Shown: positions 26,786 through 36,525 of the stretch, one piece after another
How positions within the stretch are numbered: the first letter of the stretch is position 1
How the letters are laid out: each line of letters opens with the position of its first letter
IMG/VR virus record: IMGVR_UViG_3300044490_000250
Span: 15,559 to 79,558 of that record
DNA: 64,000 nt
Direction: 5' to 3' (one strand)
Source of the DNA: a virus
The notes under the pieces: model-generated
The model's database searches: none
Told to the model about the DNA's origin: nothing
The model's input: only the letters and a program-made list of their open reading frames with translations
Position numbers and translations under genes: made by a program

Positions 26786-27799
26786 CTACTCGTACCAGCC
26801 CTCAAAGGAAGCGGAGCAGATGGCGTTGGCGGTTATAGAGTCCGATACCGCGCTGATCTTGATATCGGTCTTAGCCGGGCAGGCTATCGGTATATCGAAC
26901 TCCACCTTGTTGGCCATGTCCTGCAATACGACAAGCGAGGTGACCTGGAACACGCCAGCCAAGTACACGCCCTCATTCATGGTGGCCCGCAGTCTGAAGG
27001 TCGCCATACGGTTTCCCGCGGCGTTGCCGACGCCTTGGCCCCATCCCGTGATAAAGAGCGTCTTCCCCGCCGGGACCGTCCAGACAGCCGAAAGCGCGTT
27101 GTTGTACCCCAGCGGGATGCGCGCGTACACCGGCGAGTCGTCCACTTCGCGCAGGTCGATGTTCCCCGCCGCAACCCCTCCCGACCCCACGGCCACGGCG
27201 TGCATGGACTGGACGCGGTAGATGTCCGTCGCGACGGTGGCGACGGCGGTCGTGCCGTTGAGCGTTACCGTCTCCTCCTGCTCCTCCCACGAACCATCGA
27301 GATAGTGAATCTCGACCTGTTGCACTCCGGTACCCGCAGGCGACCCGTCGTCATCGACCGATGAGGAAATGACCTCCATCTGCATCGCGGAAGGCGGGAA
27401 GACGTACTCGCCTCCGTAGGGCCAGAGGGTCTCGCTCGCGTCGTCAATGTCGGCGTTGTAGCCGACCTTGTGCAGCGGGTAGTGCCCGGAGACATCGCCT
27501 TCGGCAATCGCGTAGAGGTAGGGTGTCGCCACGACGCGCGGTCTGTTCGTGATGTGCTGGACGCCGTAGAGTGTCCCGCCGTCATCGACGAGCTTTACGC
27601 CACCGATGACGGCCGATCCCGTGACCAGCGCAGGCAGGCGAGTTACATCTACGTCGAGCCCATTGGTGGCGTCTCCGGCGATTGCCCCTTCTCCCTCTGC
27701 CGTCCCGTCTACGAGCTTGACCCTCTGGTAGTGGGTCGAGCCGACTTGGTCGGTAGCGATTACGGAACCAACCGCTGGTATAGTGACGTTGTCTGCCAC
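26786..27799 (-). CDS. virion structural protein
   Basis: GTG start after GAGGAGG; ADNVTI...IATDQVGSTHYQRVKL N-terminus typical of phage virion proteins; C-terminal WTVPAGKTLFI beta-sandwich. Confidence 0.65.
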   Translation of the reverse strand: MADNVTIPAVGSVIATDQVGSTHYQRVKLVDGTAEGEGAIAGDATNGLDVDVTRLPALVTGSAVIGGVKLVDDGGTLYGVQHITNRPRVVATPYLYAIAEGDVSGHYPLHKVGYNADIDDASETLWPYGGEYVFPPSAMQMEVISSSVDDDGSPAGTGVQQVEIHYLDGSWEEQEETVTLNGTTAVATVATDIYRVQSMHAVAVGSGGVAAGNIDLREVDDSPVYARIPLGYNNALSAVWTVPAGKTLFITGWGQGVGNAAGNRMATFRLRATMNEGVYLAGVFQVTSLVVLQDMANKVEFDIPIACPAKTDIKISAVSDSITANAICSASFEGWYE

Positions 27800-27810
27800 G
27801 GAAAGCCTCC

Positions 27811-28173
27811 TCAGGAACCGTAGTAGTAGCCAAGCACAATGTGAGCCGCGACCCAGCGGGGCAGGCCGTCCTCCCACGGGTCTACGAGGTAGGCATCGGT
27901 CTCGTAGTATTCGGCGGGACGCGGCCAGCCGGTAACGAGGCGATCGATGTGGCCGCCGGCAGTCGTGTTCTTGACGAGGCGAGTCGTCCAGTCCTCGACC
28001 GCCGCGAGGGTCTTGGTGAGGAAGTAAGTGCGACAATCGACTAGATACCCGTTCGCGGCACAGGGGATGCAGTACCCTCGCTGATAGGTGCCCGTATCCG
28101 GTTCGGTCCAGGCGGGGCCTCCACAAAATGGGCACTCCAGGGCGGTCATCGTCGTCGGATGCGGAGCACTCAC
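27811..28173 (-). CDS. hypothetical protein with CxxC pairs
   Basis: CPFCGG...CIPC; GTGA overlap with the HNH stop. Confidence 0.55.
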   Translation of the reverse strand: MSAPHPTTMTALECPFCGGPAWTEPDTGTYQRGYCIPCAANGYLVDCRTYFLTKTLAAVEDWTTRLVKNTTAGGHIDRLVTGWPRPAEYYETDAYLVDPWEDGLPRWVAAHIVLGYYYGS

Positions 28174-28772
28174 GCCGCCTTCTCCTGAAGCCATGCGTCA
28201 ACGCACAAGGCCTCTGTCTCCAGGGCCTCGCGCATAGCCTTCCCCGAGTTCGAGTGAAGCCAATAGTGCCCGCGCCCATCAGGGCATTTCCGACAGACGG
28301 CTATCCCGTTCCAGTCTGCGCTACGCAGATCAGGGCGATCCATCCACGGGATACGATGGTGAACAGTAAGCCTACGGTCGTTGGACTCGTGCCGTTCTCC
28401 GCACAGGCCACAGCGGAAGTCATGTTGTTCCTTGACGCGCTGTCTCCATTCTCGCCCTTCAACGCGCCAGTACCAGAGAAGGTCCTCACGGTGCATTCCG
28501 CCCTTCCAGTTCGCAACCCGAGAACCGCGCAAGTGTACACTTTGCCATGCGTCATAGTGCTCCCGCGTGCAGAAGACATTGTGGTCTGTGCCCATAGACT
28601 TCGGCACCGTTCTCGCTTGTCCACACCAGGGGCACCGCACTACAACGCGGTTTGCGGAGCGAAGGCACTCGCGTGAGCAGTGCACTCTCTCGCCATGCAG
28701 TTGCGAGGGGGGCTTGTCCACGACAATCCCGCAGTGATCGCATGTCTTCACCCGTTCCTTCTTGGCAGACAC
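28170..28772 (-). CDS. HNH endonuclease with N-terminal zinc-finger repeats (homing endonuclease-like)
   Basis: CDHC..CSREC, CPWC..FCTREH, NWKGG, CGLCG...VHH...NGIAVCRKC...H. Confidence 0.8.
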   Translation of the reverse strand: MSAKKERVKTCDHCGIVVDKPPSQLHGERVHCSRECLRSANRVVVRCPWCGQARTVPKSMGTDHNVFCTREHYDAWQSVHLRGSRVANWKGGMHREDLLWYWRVEGREWRQRVKEQHDFRCGLCGERHESNDRRLTVHHRIPWMDRPDLRSADWNGIAVCRKCPDGRGHYWLHSNSGKAMREALETEALCVDAWLQEKAA

Positions 28773-28775
28773 TTT

Positions 28776-30566
28776 TCACTCCTCGTCGGCTGTCGCTGAC
28801 GCCGAACGGATTTCCAGCGGGACGAACCTACCTGTCTCGATGCCAACGCGCGCCGCCTCGCGCAGGTTGTCCACGGTCACTAGGTCCCCGCGCGAGGCCT
28901 CGACAACGTTGCCCACGATCTTGCCGCCGACTGCCCCGTAGACCGGACGCCCCTCGGTCAGGTTCTCCCACCAGGACGGAGAGGCCGGAGTCCACGGAGG
29001 GTCCGCGACCGGCCACATTTCCCAGCCGGACGAAATGAGCGTGTCGTCCATGTCGTACAGGCTGTAGGACTGCAGGGCCGAGGCAGGAATGGTCGTCCCC
29101 GAGAGATCAAGCACCGTATGCGGCAGCGGCTCGCTCACGTACCCGTTCCCGAGGCTTGCATCTGCGAACTGGTACTGGTCCCCGCTGGACTCGTTCTGCA
29201 TGTACGCGGGAGGCCCGCCGAGTTCTAGGTTCGGGTGAACCCCAGCGTTCCCCCACGGCAGCAGTCCCTCTGTGTAGGCGGGCTGGGGCGACCACGTCGC
29301 CGACCGGCAGACTCCAATCCGGAAGGTAATCTGCGGGTCCCACACTTCTCCCGCGCTGAGGACCTGCGTTGTGACCGCGCACCCTCGGTCGTCGATAATC
29401 CGAATCTGCGTGACGCCGCCCGTCATCGAGACGGTGACCTCTCCGTTAGCGTCGGTAGTCCCGGCCTGCTCCCAGACGGAGGGGGTGCCGCGACGCTTCC
29501 AGACCGCCGCCCCGACCGCGCGGTCAGCCGAGCCATCCAGGTAGGCCCGCACGAGGATTACGCTGTCTGCGCTATGGTCTACCCAGGAGCCCAGCGCGAC
29601 GGTTCCGGTCCCGCCGTTTGCGGCCAGCGTGGTAGACCCGCGCGGAACCTCCTTGGTCGTGTCAGTCGGGTGAAATGCGGCAACCGCGTACTCGCCCGGC
29701 GGCAGGCCAGTCAGCGTGCGCGACCCGCCAATCGGGATGGTATGGGCCGCCCTCCGTTGTGCGCCCTCCCAGTAGGCGATGATCTGAGCCCCGACCGGGC
29801 CGGTTACGGTCAGCTCGCAGGAGGCCACGTTCAGCGTCGTGCTCGCTCCCTCGCTCACAGGCGCGGACTCCTGCAGGTACCAGACCTCTACCTCGGTTAG
29901 CAACCGTTCGGCATCCGGGCAGTCAGTCCAGCCGTCCGTCTCTGTTGACCTGTAGCCAAGCGCCCCGAACCCGCGCGGCACGATGATCGGCTGCAGTGTG
30001 CCAGTTGTCACATCCCACAGGACCCCGTCCACGTCCGTCTGGAAGCGCCCGGTCGCCGCGCCCCACGTCGCCCCCGCCTTGCTCGGGTACGCGGGCTGCC
30101 ACCACGCATCGTGCGCCCCATCGGAGGTTGAGTAGGTGAACACGAGATCGGCATACACGCCCGCCTCCAGCACCCCGCCCTTCTTGATCGTGATTTCCCC
30201 GGGAGCCCAACCCATTGTGAAGACCCCCGAGTCCTCGGCGGCGTACTCGGAGGCCTCGGCCCAGGTCCCCGCGACTCCGACAACCGACCGGCCCCAGCCC
30301 CACGGGGCCGGTCCGTCATCAAGGACGAGGCAGAACAGCGCAGGGTCGGCATCCTGCTGTAGGACGCCGACCCTGAACACAGCGTCTGATGCCGCAACGA
30401 GTGGGTAGTCGGTACCGTCAACCGTCGCCTTCAGGGCACGGAAGCTGAACGTGTTGCCGGCGTAGGTGACGGTGCCCCGCCCGTCCTCGTCGGTCGTGTT
30501 GGTGACGGCGCGGATGGTCCCGGCGGCGTCTGCGAAGTTGAGTTGATCCCCGATGTTGAGAGGCAT
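28776..30566 (-). CDS. tail structural protein with Ig/Cna-B-like segments
   Basis: T/G-rich; TLTGLPPGEYAV and GTTDANGEV motifs; follows the tape measure. Confidence 0.65.
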   Translation of the reverse strand: MPLNIGDQLNFADAAGTIRAVTNTTDEDGRGTVTYAGNTFSFRALKATVDGTDYPLVAASDAVFRVGVLQQDADPALFCLVLDDGPAPWGWGRSVVGVAGTWAEASEYAAEDSGVFTMGWAPGEITIKKGGVLEAGVYADLVFTYSTSDGAHDAWWQPAYPSKAGATWGAATGRFQTDVDGVLWDVTTGTLQPIIVPRGFGALGYRSTETDGWTDCPDAERLLTEVEVWYLQESAPVSEGASTTLNVASCELTVTGPVGAQIIAYWEGAQRRAAHTIPIGGSRTLTGLPPGEYAVAAFHPTDTTKEVPRGSTTLAANGGTGTVALGSWVDHSADSVILVRAYLDGSADRAVGAAVWKRRGTPSVWEQAGTTDANGEVTVSMTGGVTQIRIIDDRGCAVTTQVLSAGEVWDPQITFRIGVCRSATWSPQPAYTEGLLPWGNAGVHPNLELGGPPAYMQNESSGDQYQFADASLGNGYVSEPLPHTVLDLSGTTIPASALQSYSLYDMDDTLISSGWEMWPVADPPWTPASPSWWENLTEGRPVYGAVGGKIVGNVVEASRGDLVTVDNLREAARVGIETGRFVPLEIRSASATADEE

Positions 30567-30847
30567 CCTCTCATGTCCTCCCCGCTAGCCGCTCTCAGTG
30601 CGGCATCGCGGCGCGCTACATCGAAATGCTCACGACTCAGACGGTGAACGCACTCCACGTGGACTCGAAGAGGTTCCTCGGCGCTGCTGCGATAGCCCCC
30701 GCACAAAGCGCATTGAATGTCCACCGCGGCCGTTGCATCCCGCTCCGCATTCCACGTCCCCACCAACACACCCGTCAGGAACAACACCCCGAACCACACC
30801 ACATTGACCCGTACATACAACGGCTGGCCGCGACACATGAGAGCCAC
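30431..30847 (-). CDS. hypothetical membrane protein
   Basis: TM segment VVWFGVLFLTGVLVG; own promoter; long 3' overlap with the next gene makes the end uncertain. Confidence 0.4.
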   Translation of the reverse strand: MALMCRGQPLYVRVNVVWFGVLFLTGVLVGTWNAERDATAAVDIQCALCGGYRSSAEEPLRVHVECVHRLSREHFDVARRDAALRAASGEDMRGCLSTSGINSTSQTPPGPSAPSPTRPTRTGGAPSPTPATRSASVP

Positions 30848-30859
30848 CTCCTACTCGAC

Positions 30860-30888
30860 AGTATACCAGAAGCCGGCCCTCACTGCAA
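30860..30888 (-). promoter_or_regulatory. sigma70-type promoter after the tape measure gene
   Basis: TTGCAG-17 bp-TATACT with TGn extended -10. Confidence 0.55.
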
Positions 30889-30892
30889 GCGG

Positions 30893-33697
30893 CTACCTAG
30901 CGTGCTGGCGCAACGTCTGCACCGCCGACTGCGAGCCGCGGCGCGCTGCGGCCTCGACGGCCGCAGGGTCAGTGGCGCCACGCGCGTCCACGTTGATGAC
31001 GACCGGCCCCTGCGTCTCTCGCAAGTGCTCCTGCAGCGCCTCCAAGGAGCGCGCGCGGGACGACGACTCAGGAGGCACCCCCATCCACTCCTCGGTGCTC
31101 TCGATGACCCTCGCGGCGCTCGCACCCTCCTCGTAGTTGCTGTTGCCCCAGCCGAAGTTGTTCTGATCGAGCGCCTTACGCGCGGCAGCCATCCGCGCGT
31201 TCTGGCGGGCGATGACGCCGCCGCCCGTCGTCGCGATCCGCCGCCCCCAGCCCCTGTCCCGTCGAACGTAGTTCTGGTGGGCGGTGTCTATACCCCCCAG
31301 CGCCATGAGCCACCCTACCTGCCCCGCGTTCATCCCATAAGACGACGCCGCGATCTGCTCGTTGCGCGCCTGGATTTCCGCGTCTCGCTCCTGCCACCCC
31401 GCAGCGCGCGGCCCTCCCTGCATCCCCCAGAACTGGCTGCTACGCCAGCGCGGGTTGTACACCCCCGCGGGGACCCCGGAGGGCAGCGCCGCGCCTCCAA
31501 CACCATCCCCGCTGATGCCGGCGTCGGCCAGCGCCGCCTTAGTGCCTTGGTACGTCCCGCGCTCGACGCTCCCCTCCACCCGATCGTAGTAGTCCAGGTC
31601 GGAGGTTGGCACTGCGCCCATGACGCCCTTGCCGAAGAACGCCGCACTCCGGCCCCCAGGAACCACCCCCTCAGCCAACCCAGCATCGAGGGTAGACCCA
31701 AGCGCCGTCTTACTCTTCCGCCAACCCGCGTACTGCTGCAGGCTCATGTAGGACGGCGACTCGGTGGCCCTGAAGCCAACCGCCCTCCCAGTGGCGTCCC
31801 GCACCGTCGTGATGTTTTGCTGCAGTGACGCGTTGACCTCGGTAAGCATCTTTTCCAAGGACCCGCTCAGGTCGTCCAGGCTTTTCGCCGTGGTCTGCAG
31901 GTCACGGCTTGTGATACCCCCGGTGTCCCGTGCCCACTGCATCCCCGTCTGCGCCGCCGCCGCTGATGGTCCGACACTGATGCCAGCCGCCAGCAGCAAC
32001 GCCCGTTTCATCGGCTGCTTCCCTGGCTCGGCTGTCAACGTGTCCGTGGCGCGGAGGATCATCCCCCAGACGGACAGAACGACCTTCGTCAGTCCCTGGA
32101 ACAAGTTCAGCAGGTTGGGCAGCAGCGCGGTCAGCACCGGCACCACTTCGGTGATGGCGGCCGCGATCTTGTCAGAGGCGGTCAGCAAGTTCAGCGCGAT
32201 CGCGTACACTGCATCAACGCCACCCAGTCGGTCGTACAGCGTCACTGCCCGATCGTAGATGCTGTAGAAGGCATTGATCCCGGCGGTGACAATGTACGGG
32301 GCCCGCTCTAGCAAATCCAGCACAAGCGGCTGCAGCTTCTGGTAGGCGGCAGTGATGGTGTTGGCCCAGGTATTGGTTAGCTGATCCTTCTCCAGTTGAT
32401 CGAACAGCGCCATCGCCGCCTTGACCGCCCCGCCCACTACGTCGGTGATCCCGGTCTCCTTGAGCGTCAAGGCGAACCGCAACCACAAGTCCTCGATGTT
32501 GGTCATCAGCTGTTCGAGGTTGTTGGCCATCCGCTCGGTGGCACTGCCGAAGTTCGCTTCAACGTAGCGCACCGCCGCCAGCAGGTTCTTCTCACGCACC
32601 CCCGGGGACGACTCCAGCCCTCCAGTGTTGGGCCGCAACGTGGCCCCGAACGGCACCAGCTGCGGCGCCCGAATGCCAAAGCGTCGGGTGAAGATGTCCA
32701 TGCGGCCTGCGTACACACCCTGCAGGCCCTTGACGGCCGTCTCCACGTCCACCTTGAACGTGACCGCGAGGTCGCTCGCCGCCTTGAACGCCCGGTTGAT
32801 GTCCCCCAGCGCGCCCGACACACCGCTAGCCTTCAGACGGATGAACGCGGAGATCATGTCATCGATGGTGTACGGAACCTTCTGCGCCCACTCCACGATG
32901 TTCTTCAGCATGACGGGCGCTTGGTCGCGGAACACAGCCTCCAGCCGACTCTGCAGCGACTCCAAACTGGCGGCTTGCTGCACCATGCTCACCGTCGCCT
33001 CGGCCAGCTTGGCACCCACACCTACGATGCTCTGCAGGATGCGAGACCAGTATTCATGGATGGTGCGGCTCAGACGCAGGAACATGAGACCGCCCAGCAC
33101 CAGCGTACCCTGGATGCTCTGAGCAATCGCAGCCACGCCCTGCAGCGCACTCAGCCCAAGACCAATCGGCGCGGCGAACCGAGCCGCGAAGCCTCCTGCT
33201 CCTCCCAGCATACCACCCCGCGCTTGCAGCCCTGTTCCCCACGTTCGAATGGATTGGACGGTGGGCGTGTTCGCAGCAACACCGAGCATCCCTCGCAGGG
33301 TCGGTGCCTCCCCCCTCATCCGCGCGGCCTGGAGGTAGGCCGCCACGCGCCGAGTGGCGCTCGCCGCGTTTTCCATCTGCCGCGCCAGCCGCGCTGCCTG
33401 CGCCGCCTGTCGTTGCGTCTCGGCGGATAGCGTCTTGCTGGCCTTCACCTGCTCGTTCTGCACCCTGAGGACATCCCGTGCGGCCTGCGCTTGCTTCGCG
33501 GTTGCCGCGGCGGCAGCGCGTGCGTTGGTTGCCACCGAACCGTCCGCGCGCACACCACTTCCCATCGTGTGTGCCGTGCGCTGAGCCAACCCCTCCAGGC
33601 GGTTCACGGCAGCCAGCAACTGAGCACTCAAGCCGCCGTCAATAGTCAAACCAAGGGTCTTGTTGAAGTCACCAGCGAACTCCATCACACCCTCCAA
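30893..33697 (-). CDS. tape measure protein
   Basis: Ala-rich helical 934 aa; LESLQSRLEAV...WAQKVPYTIDDMISAFIRLKASG tape-measure motif; PVVINVDARGA C-terminus. Confidence 0.9.
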   Translation of the reverse strand: MEGVMEFAGDFNKTLGLTIDGGLSAQLLAAVNRLEGLAQRTAHTMGSGVRADGSVATNARAAAAATAKQAQAARDVLRVQNEQVKASKTLSAETQRQAAQAARLARQMENAASATRRVAAYLQAARMRGEAPTLRGMLGVAANTPTVQSIRTWGTGLQARGGMLGGAGGFAARFAAPIGLGLSALQGVAAIAQSIQGTLVLGGLMFLRLSRTIHEYWSRILQSIVGVGAKLAEATVSMVQQAASLESLQSRLEAVFRDQAPVMLKNIVEWAQKVPYTIDDMISAFIRLKASGVSGALGDINRAFKAASDLAVTFKVDVETAVKGLQGVYAGRMDIFTRRFGIRAPQLVPFGATLRPNTGGLESSPGVREKNLLAAVRYVEANFGSATERMANNLEQLMTNIEDLWLRFALTLKETGITDVVGGAVKAAMALFDQLEKDQLTNTWANTITAAYQKLQPLVLDLLERAPYIVTAGINAFYSIYDRAVTLYDRLGGVDAVYAIALNLLTASDKIAAAITEVVPVLTALLPNLLNLFQGLTKVVLSVWGMILRATDTLTAEPGKQPMKRALLLAAGISVGPSAAAAQTGMQWARDTGGITSRDLQTTAKSLDDLSGSLEKMLTEVNASLQQNITTVRDATGRAVGFRATESPSYMSLQQYAGWRKSKTALGSTLDAGLAEGVVPGGRSAAFFGKGVMGAVPTSDLDYYDRVEGSVERGTYQGTKAALADAGISGDGVGGAALPSGVPAGVYNPRWRSSQFWGMQGGPRAAGWQERDAEIQARNEQIAASSYGMNAGQVGWLMALGGIDTAHQNYVRRDRGWGRRIATTGGGVIARQNARMAAARKALDQNNFGWGNSNYEEGASAARVIESTEEWMGVPPESSSRARSLEALQEHLRETQGPVVINVDARGATDPAAVEAAARRGSQSAVQTLRQHAR

Positions 33698-34299
33698 ACT
33701 TGGACGCCGATCGTCTCGTAGGCCGCGCCCAGCAGGTCCTCAGCCAAGCTGTGCACGGTGTCGAACGCCCAGTGGTGAGGTTGGACCTGTACGTTGATCC
33801 ACGGAGGACGCCCACCCTTGGCCGGGCCCCCCGCCCTCCGCAGGGCTTGGCGTAGCGTCGGGATGTCGGCTGTGTCTGCCGTGGACCCCAGCACGAGGCG
33901 CGCCAACTTGTGCCGCACCGTGTTGGTTCGCATGTTCCACAGCCACACCCGGTGCGCCGCCGTCCCCGTGTGCACCCCCGCCGGAATGTTGAAGGGCACA
34001 GGGCCGTCCACGGACTCGCTGCGGTCCTGCATGATCGAGCTGCCCACTCGCGCCCGCAGCCACGACCCCCCGCCGAAGTTCCCTACCTCCAGCCGCTGCG
34101 TACCCCAGTCGTCCCCCATGTGCGGGTCGCCGGTGTTGGAACGCGGAGCGGCTCGCCTGACCCGCTCGTTGAAGCGGTCAATGGCGAGCCGCGCACGCGA
34201 CTGCATCAACGTTGAGCCCAGGGCTGTCTCAAGGCGGGAACGCAGATTCCGCAACCACGACGCGGACGCCTCGTCCCACCTGACCTGGAGGTGAAGCAT
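33685..34299 (-). CDS. HK97 gp10-like tail completion/neck protein
   Basis: Basic; RAAPRSNTG...VHTGT...VQPHHW pattern. Confidence 0.55.
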   Translation of the reverse strand: MLHLQVRWDEASASWLRNLRSRLETALGSTLMQSRARLAIDRFNERVRRAAPRSNTGDPHMGDDWGTQRLEVGNFGGGSWLRARVGSSIMQDRSESVDGPVPFNIPAGVHTGTAAHRVWLWNMRTNTVRHKLARLVLGSTADTADIPTLRQALRRAGGPAKGGRPPWINVQVQPHHWAFDTVHSLAEDLLGAAYETIGVQVWRV

Positions 34300-34655
34300 C
34301 AGGAACCCTCGTCGTCCGCGTCCAGCTTATCCGACTGGCCCTGTTGGTACGCCAACCACAGCCGCACACGCCACCACGCCTGCTTAGCCCACGGCCTCCC
34401 GTTCGGCGTGACTCCGGTGTCGAAGAAGATCGTACTCGCCAAGCACTCGTTCGACGCCAGCCGGCAGAGCTCGTAGACCCACAGCGGCGGTTCGTACTGC
34501 AGCTCGTCCCCGTCATTCCAAGTCACTCGCCACTGCAGGCCCTCCTGCTCGACCGTAGGCTCGACATCCCAGCGGTGCTTGAGGTACACCTCGTAAGCAC
34601 GGTCGGACGTGAAGTCCTCTCGGCGGTGACGGTTGGGGCGTAGGTGCTCAAACAA
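34299..34655 (-). CDS. tail assembly chaperone, post-frameshift (gpT-like) segment
   Basis: In the -1 frame of the upstream gene and open from the slippery site. Confidence 0.7.
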   Translation of the reverse strand: MFEHLRPNRHRREDFTSDRAYEVYLKHRWDVEPTVEQEGLQWRVTWNDGDELQYEPPLWVYELCRLASNECLASTIFFDTGVTPNGRPWAKQAWWRVRLWLAYQQGQSDKLDADDEGS

Positions 34656-34684
34656 TGATCGGGCGTTAGCCGCGACAAAGCAGG

Positions 34685-35242
34685 TTACTGGGTCTCTTCG
34701 CTGCTTGCCGACGGCTCGGACGAGTTTCCCGCGGAGTCCACCAAGTCATTGACCTCGGTCTGCCCGCTGATCCCCAACGCGGCGTCGATCGTTGCGAACG
34801 CCGCGCCAGCGATGCCCTGGTCGAGCTGGCTGTTCAGCAGCTCCTCCGCCTTCTCCTTGCCCACCTTCAGCACGTCGCAGTGGACCGCCACCACCTCGTC
34901 GTTCCCGTCCTCGCCCGTGCGCTTCGCCGGCAGCCGCCACCCCAACAGCAGCCCATGTCGGATCATCAGTTGCAGTGACGTAACCGGCCGGCTCTGAACA
35001 TGGAGGCGCCCCGCGTCGTCCCGCATGTGCTGAAGCGTCGCCAGTCGGATCAGCTCCTTGATGTCACAGTCCGCGTCCCGCACCCTCACGTGGAAGGAAC
35101 CACTCACGCCCGGCACGGTGCTGATGTCCACCAAGGTGTCACTCCCGGCCACCCCCGTCTTCAACGGCAGGTCCTCTGGATCGTCGGTCCGCAACCGCCG
35201 CGCCATGCTCAGTACCAACTTCAGCTTATCTTGATCTGTCAT
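34685..35242 (-). CDS. tail assembly chaperone (gpG-like)
   Basis: Between the tail tube and tape measure genes, with G GGA AAC near its 3' end. Confidence 0.75.
   Translation of the reverse strand: MTDQDKLKLVLSMARRLRTDDPEDLPLKTGVAGSDTLVDISTVPGVSGSFHVRVRDADCDIKELIRLATLQHMRDDAGRLHVQSRPVTSLQLMIRHGLLLGWRLPAKRTGEDGNDEVVAVHCDVLKVGKEKAEELLNSQLDQGIAGAAFATIDAALGISGQTEVNDLVDSAGNSSEPSASSEETQ
34724..34730 (-). other. -1 programmed ribosomal frameshift slippery site GGGAAAC
   Basis: In-frame G-GGA-AAC; the -1 frame reads GKLVRAVGKQRRDPVTCFVAANARSLFEHL... into 34299..34655. Confidence 0.8.
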
Positions 35243-35531
35243 CTGTGGTCTCCCGGTACGCGCGGTGCATCGCGTACATATTGTCGAGCAGCGCCCGTCT
35301 AGTCTGCTCGTACTGGCTGATCTCAACCAACGCCTGTCCGCTGCGCCACACTTCCAGCAGCGCGTGCAGCGAACGAGTGCAACAACTCACATCGATGGTG
35401 AACATCGAGCGCAGTTGCGGCCCGCGCCCGGGGCGCGTCTCGATGTTCGTGCAAGACGCGCCCTCTTGGTACAGCAACCACGTCGCCAAGTGCAAGTTGG
35501 GCGTGGTGAGCACGGAAGTCTGATCTAGCAT
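35226..35531 (-). CDS. DUF5659-like small protein
   Basis: TTPNLHLATWL...F.I...YEQTRRALLDNMY pattern. Confidence 0.5.
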   Translation of the reverse strand: MLDQTSVLTTPNLHLATWLLYQEGASCTNIETRPGRGPQLRSMFTIDVSCCTRSLHALLEVWRSGQALVEISQYEQTRRALLDNMYAMHRAYRETTDDRSR

Positions 35532-35544
35532 GATGGACCGCCTA

Positions 35545-36513
35545 TCAGGAGACATCCCACGAAATCGGGTCAGTGGTGCCGTCCACGCTCCGCAGAGCAC
35601 TCGCCCGCATCGTCTCGGGGATCACACTGTCCGACCCGCCAGGGTAGCTACGCGGGTGCTCGTTCAGGACCACACACGGCAGCGTGATCGTCAGGGTGCT
35701 CGTCCCCGTGATGATGAACTTAAACCCCAGGCTCGGAGTGGTCCCGTCCCCCTCCCGGTACGCGACGCTCCGCAGATGCGCCTTGTACTCCGTGAAGAAC
35801 GCATCCGTGAGGTACTTGCGGTCCAGGTCCAGCGTCGCCCGGAACCCACCGCGCGCGAAGATGTACGACGGGCTGAGGCTGCCGGCGCACGTGAACCCGT
35901 CACCCACATCCTCCAGCATGTTGTCGTGCACGATGGTCGCCGTCTTGAAGGTCGTGTCGTCGGCGTAGGCGCCCCCAGCCCACGAGGTCTGCACCGAGGC
36001 AGCATCGAAGTTGTAGGGGACCCCGAGATCGGTGATCGCCGGGGCCGACACTCCGTGCCCCACGTTCTCCTCACGGCCCAACAGGCTCAGCGTGTAGTGC
36101 ACCGGCTCCCGCGTGCGAATCTCCAGCTGGGCCTGCCTCACCGCCACATCGCTCCAACCCTCCACCTCGTAGGCCCCGTCAACCATCCGAACGACGTACA
36201 CAGACGCGTAGGTCGGCTGGTTGTAGGCGTCGCGATCCGCGATCCACGAGACCAAGTCCTCCAGCGCCGTCTCATCCGCGTACAGCGGCCCGCCAACGTC
36301 TCCCTCGCCCCAGTCCCCGGTGCTCGTCGCCTCGCTCGGCGACTCACGGCCGTCGCTGACGTTCAGCAGCTCCAGCTGCCCGGCGTGACCATACGTGAGG
36401 TTGCCGTCATACGGCATCCAGTTGATGTCACCCTCTGTCTCGTTGGGCGTGCCGAAGGCTGACTGTAGGGCGAAGCCCCATCTCGTATGCTTGCTCATCG
36501 TCGGGATAGGCAT
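35545..36513 (-). CDS. major tail tube protein
   Basis: WGFALQSAFGTP...; acidic beta-rich; AGGAGG RBS; upstream of the chaperones. Confidence 0.8.
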   Translation of the reverse strand: MPIPTMSKHTRWGFALQSAFGTPNETEGDINWMPYDGNLTYGHAGQLELLNVSDGRESPSEATSTGDWGEGDVGGPLYADETALEDLVSWIADRDAYNQPTYASVYVVRMVDGAYEVEGWSDVAVRQAQLEIRTREPVHYTLSLLGREENVGHGVSAPAITDLGVPYNFDAASVQTSWAGGAYADDTTFKTATIVHDNMLEDVGDGFTCAGSLSPSYIFARGGFRATLDLDRKYLTDAFFTEYKAHLRSVAYREGDGTTPSLGFKFIITGTSTLTITLPCVVLNEHPRSYPGGSDSVIPETMRASALRSVDGTTDPISWDVS

Positions 36514-36525
36514 GGTCCGTACCTC

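Noticed and set aside
28170-28772. Group I intron around the HNH gene
   Set aside because: No non-coding flanks to hold an intron core; the ORF abuts both neighbours.
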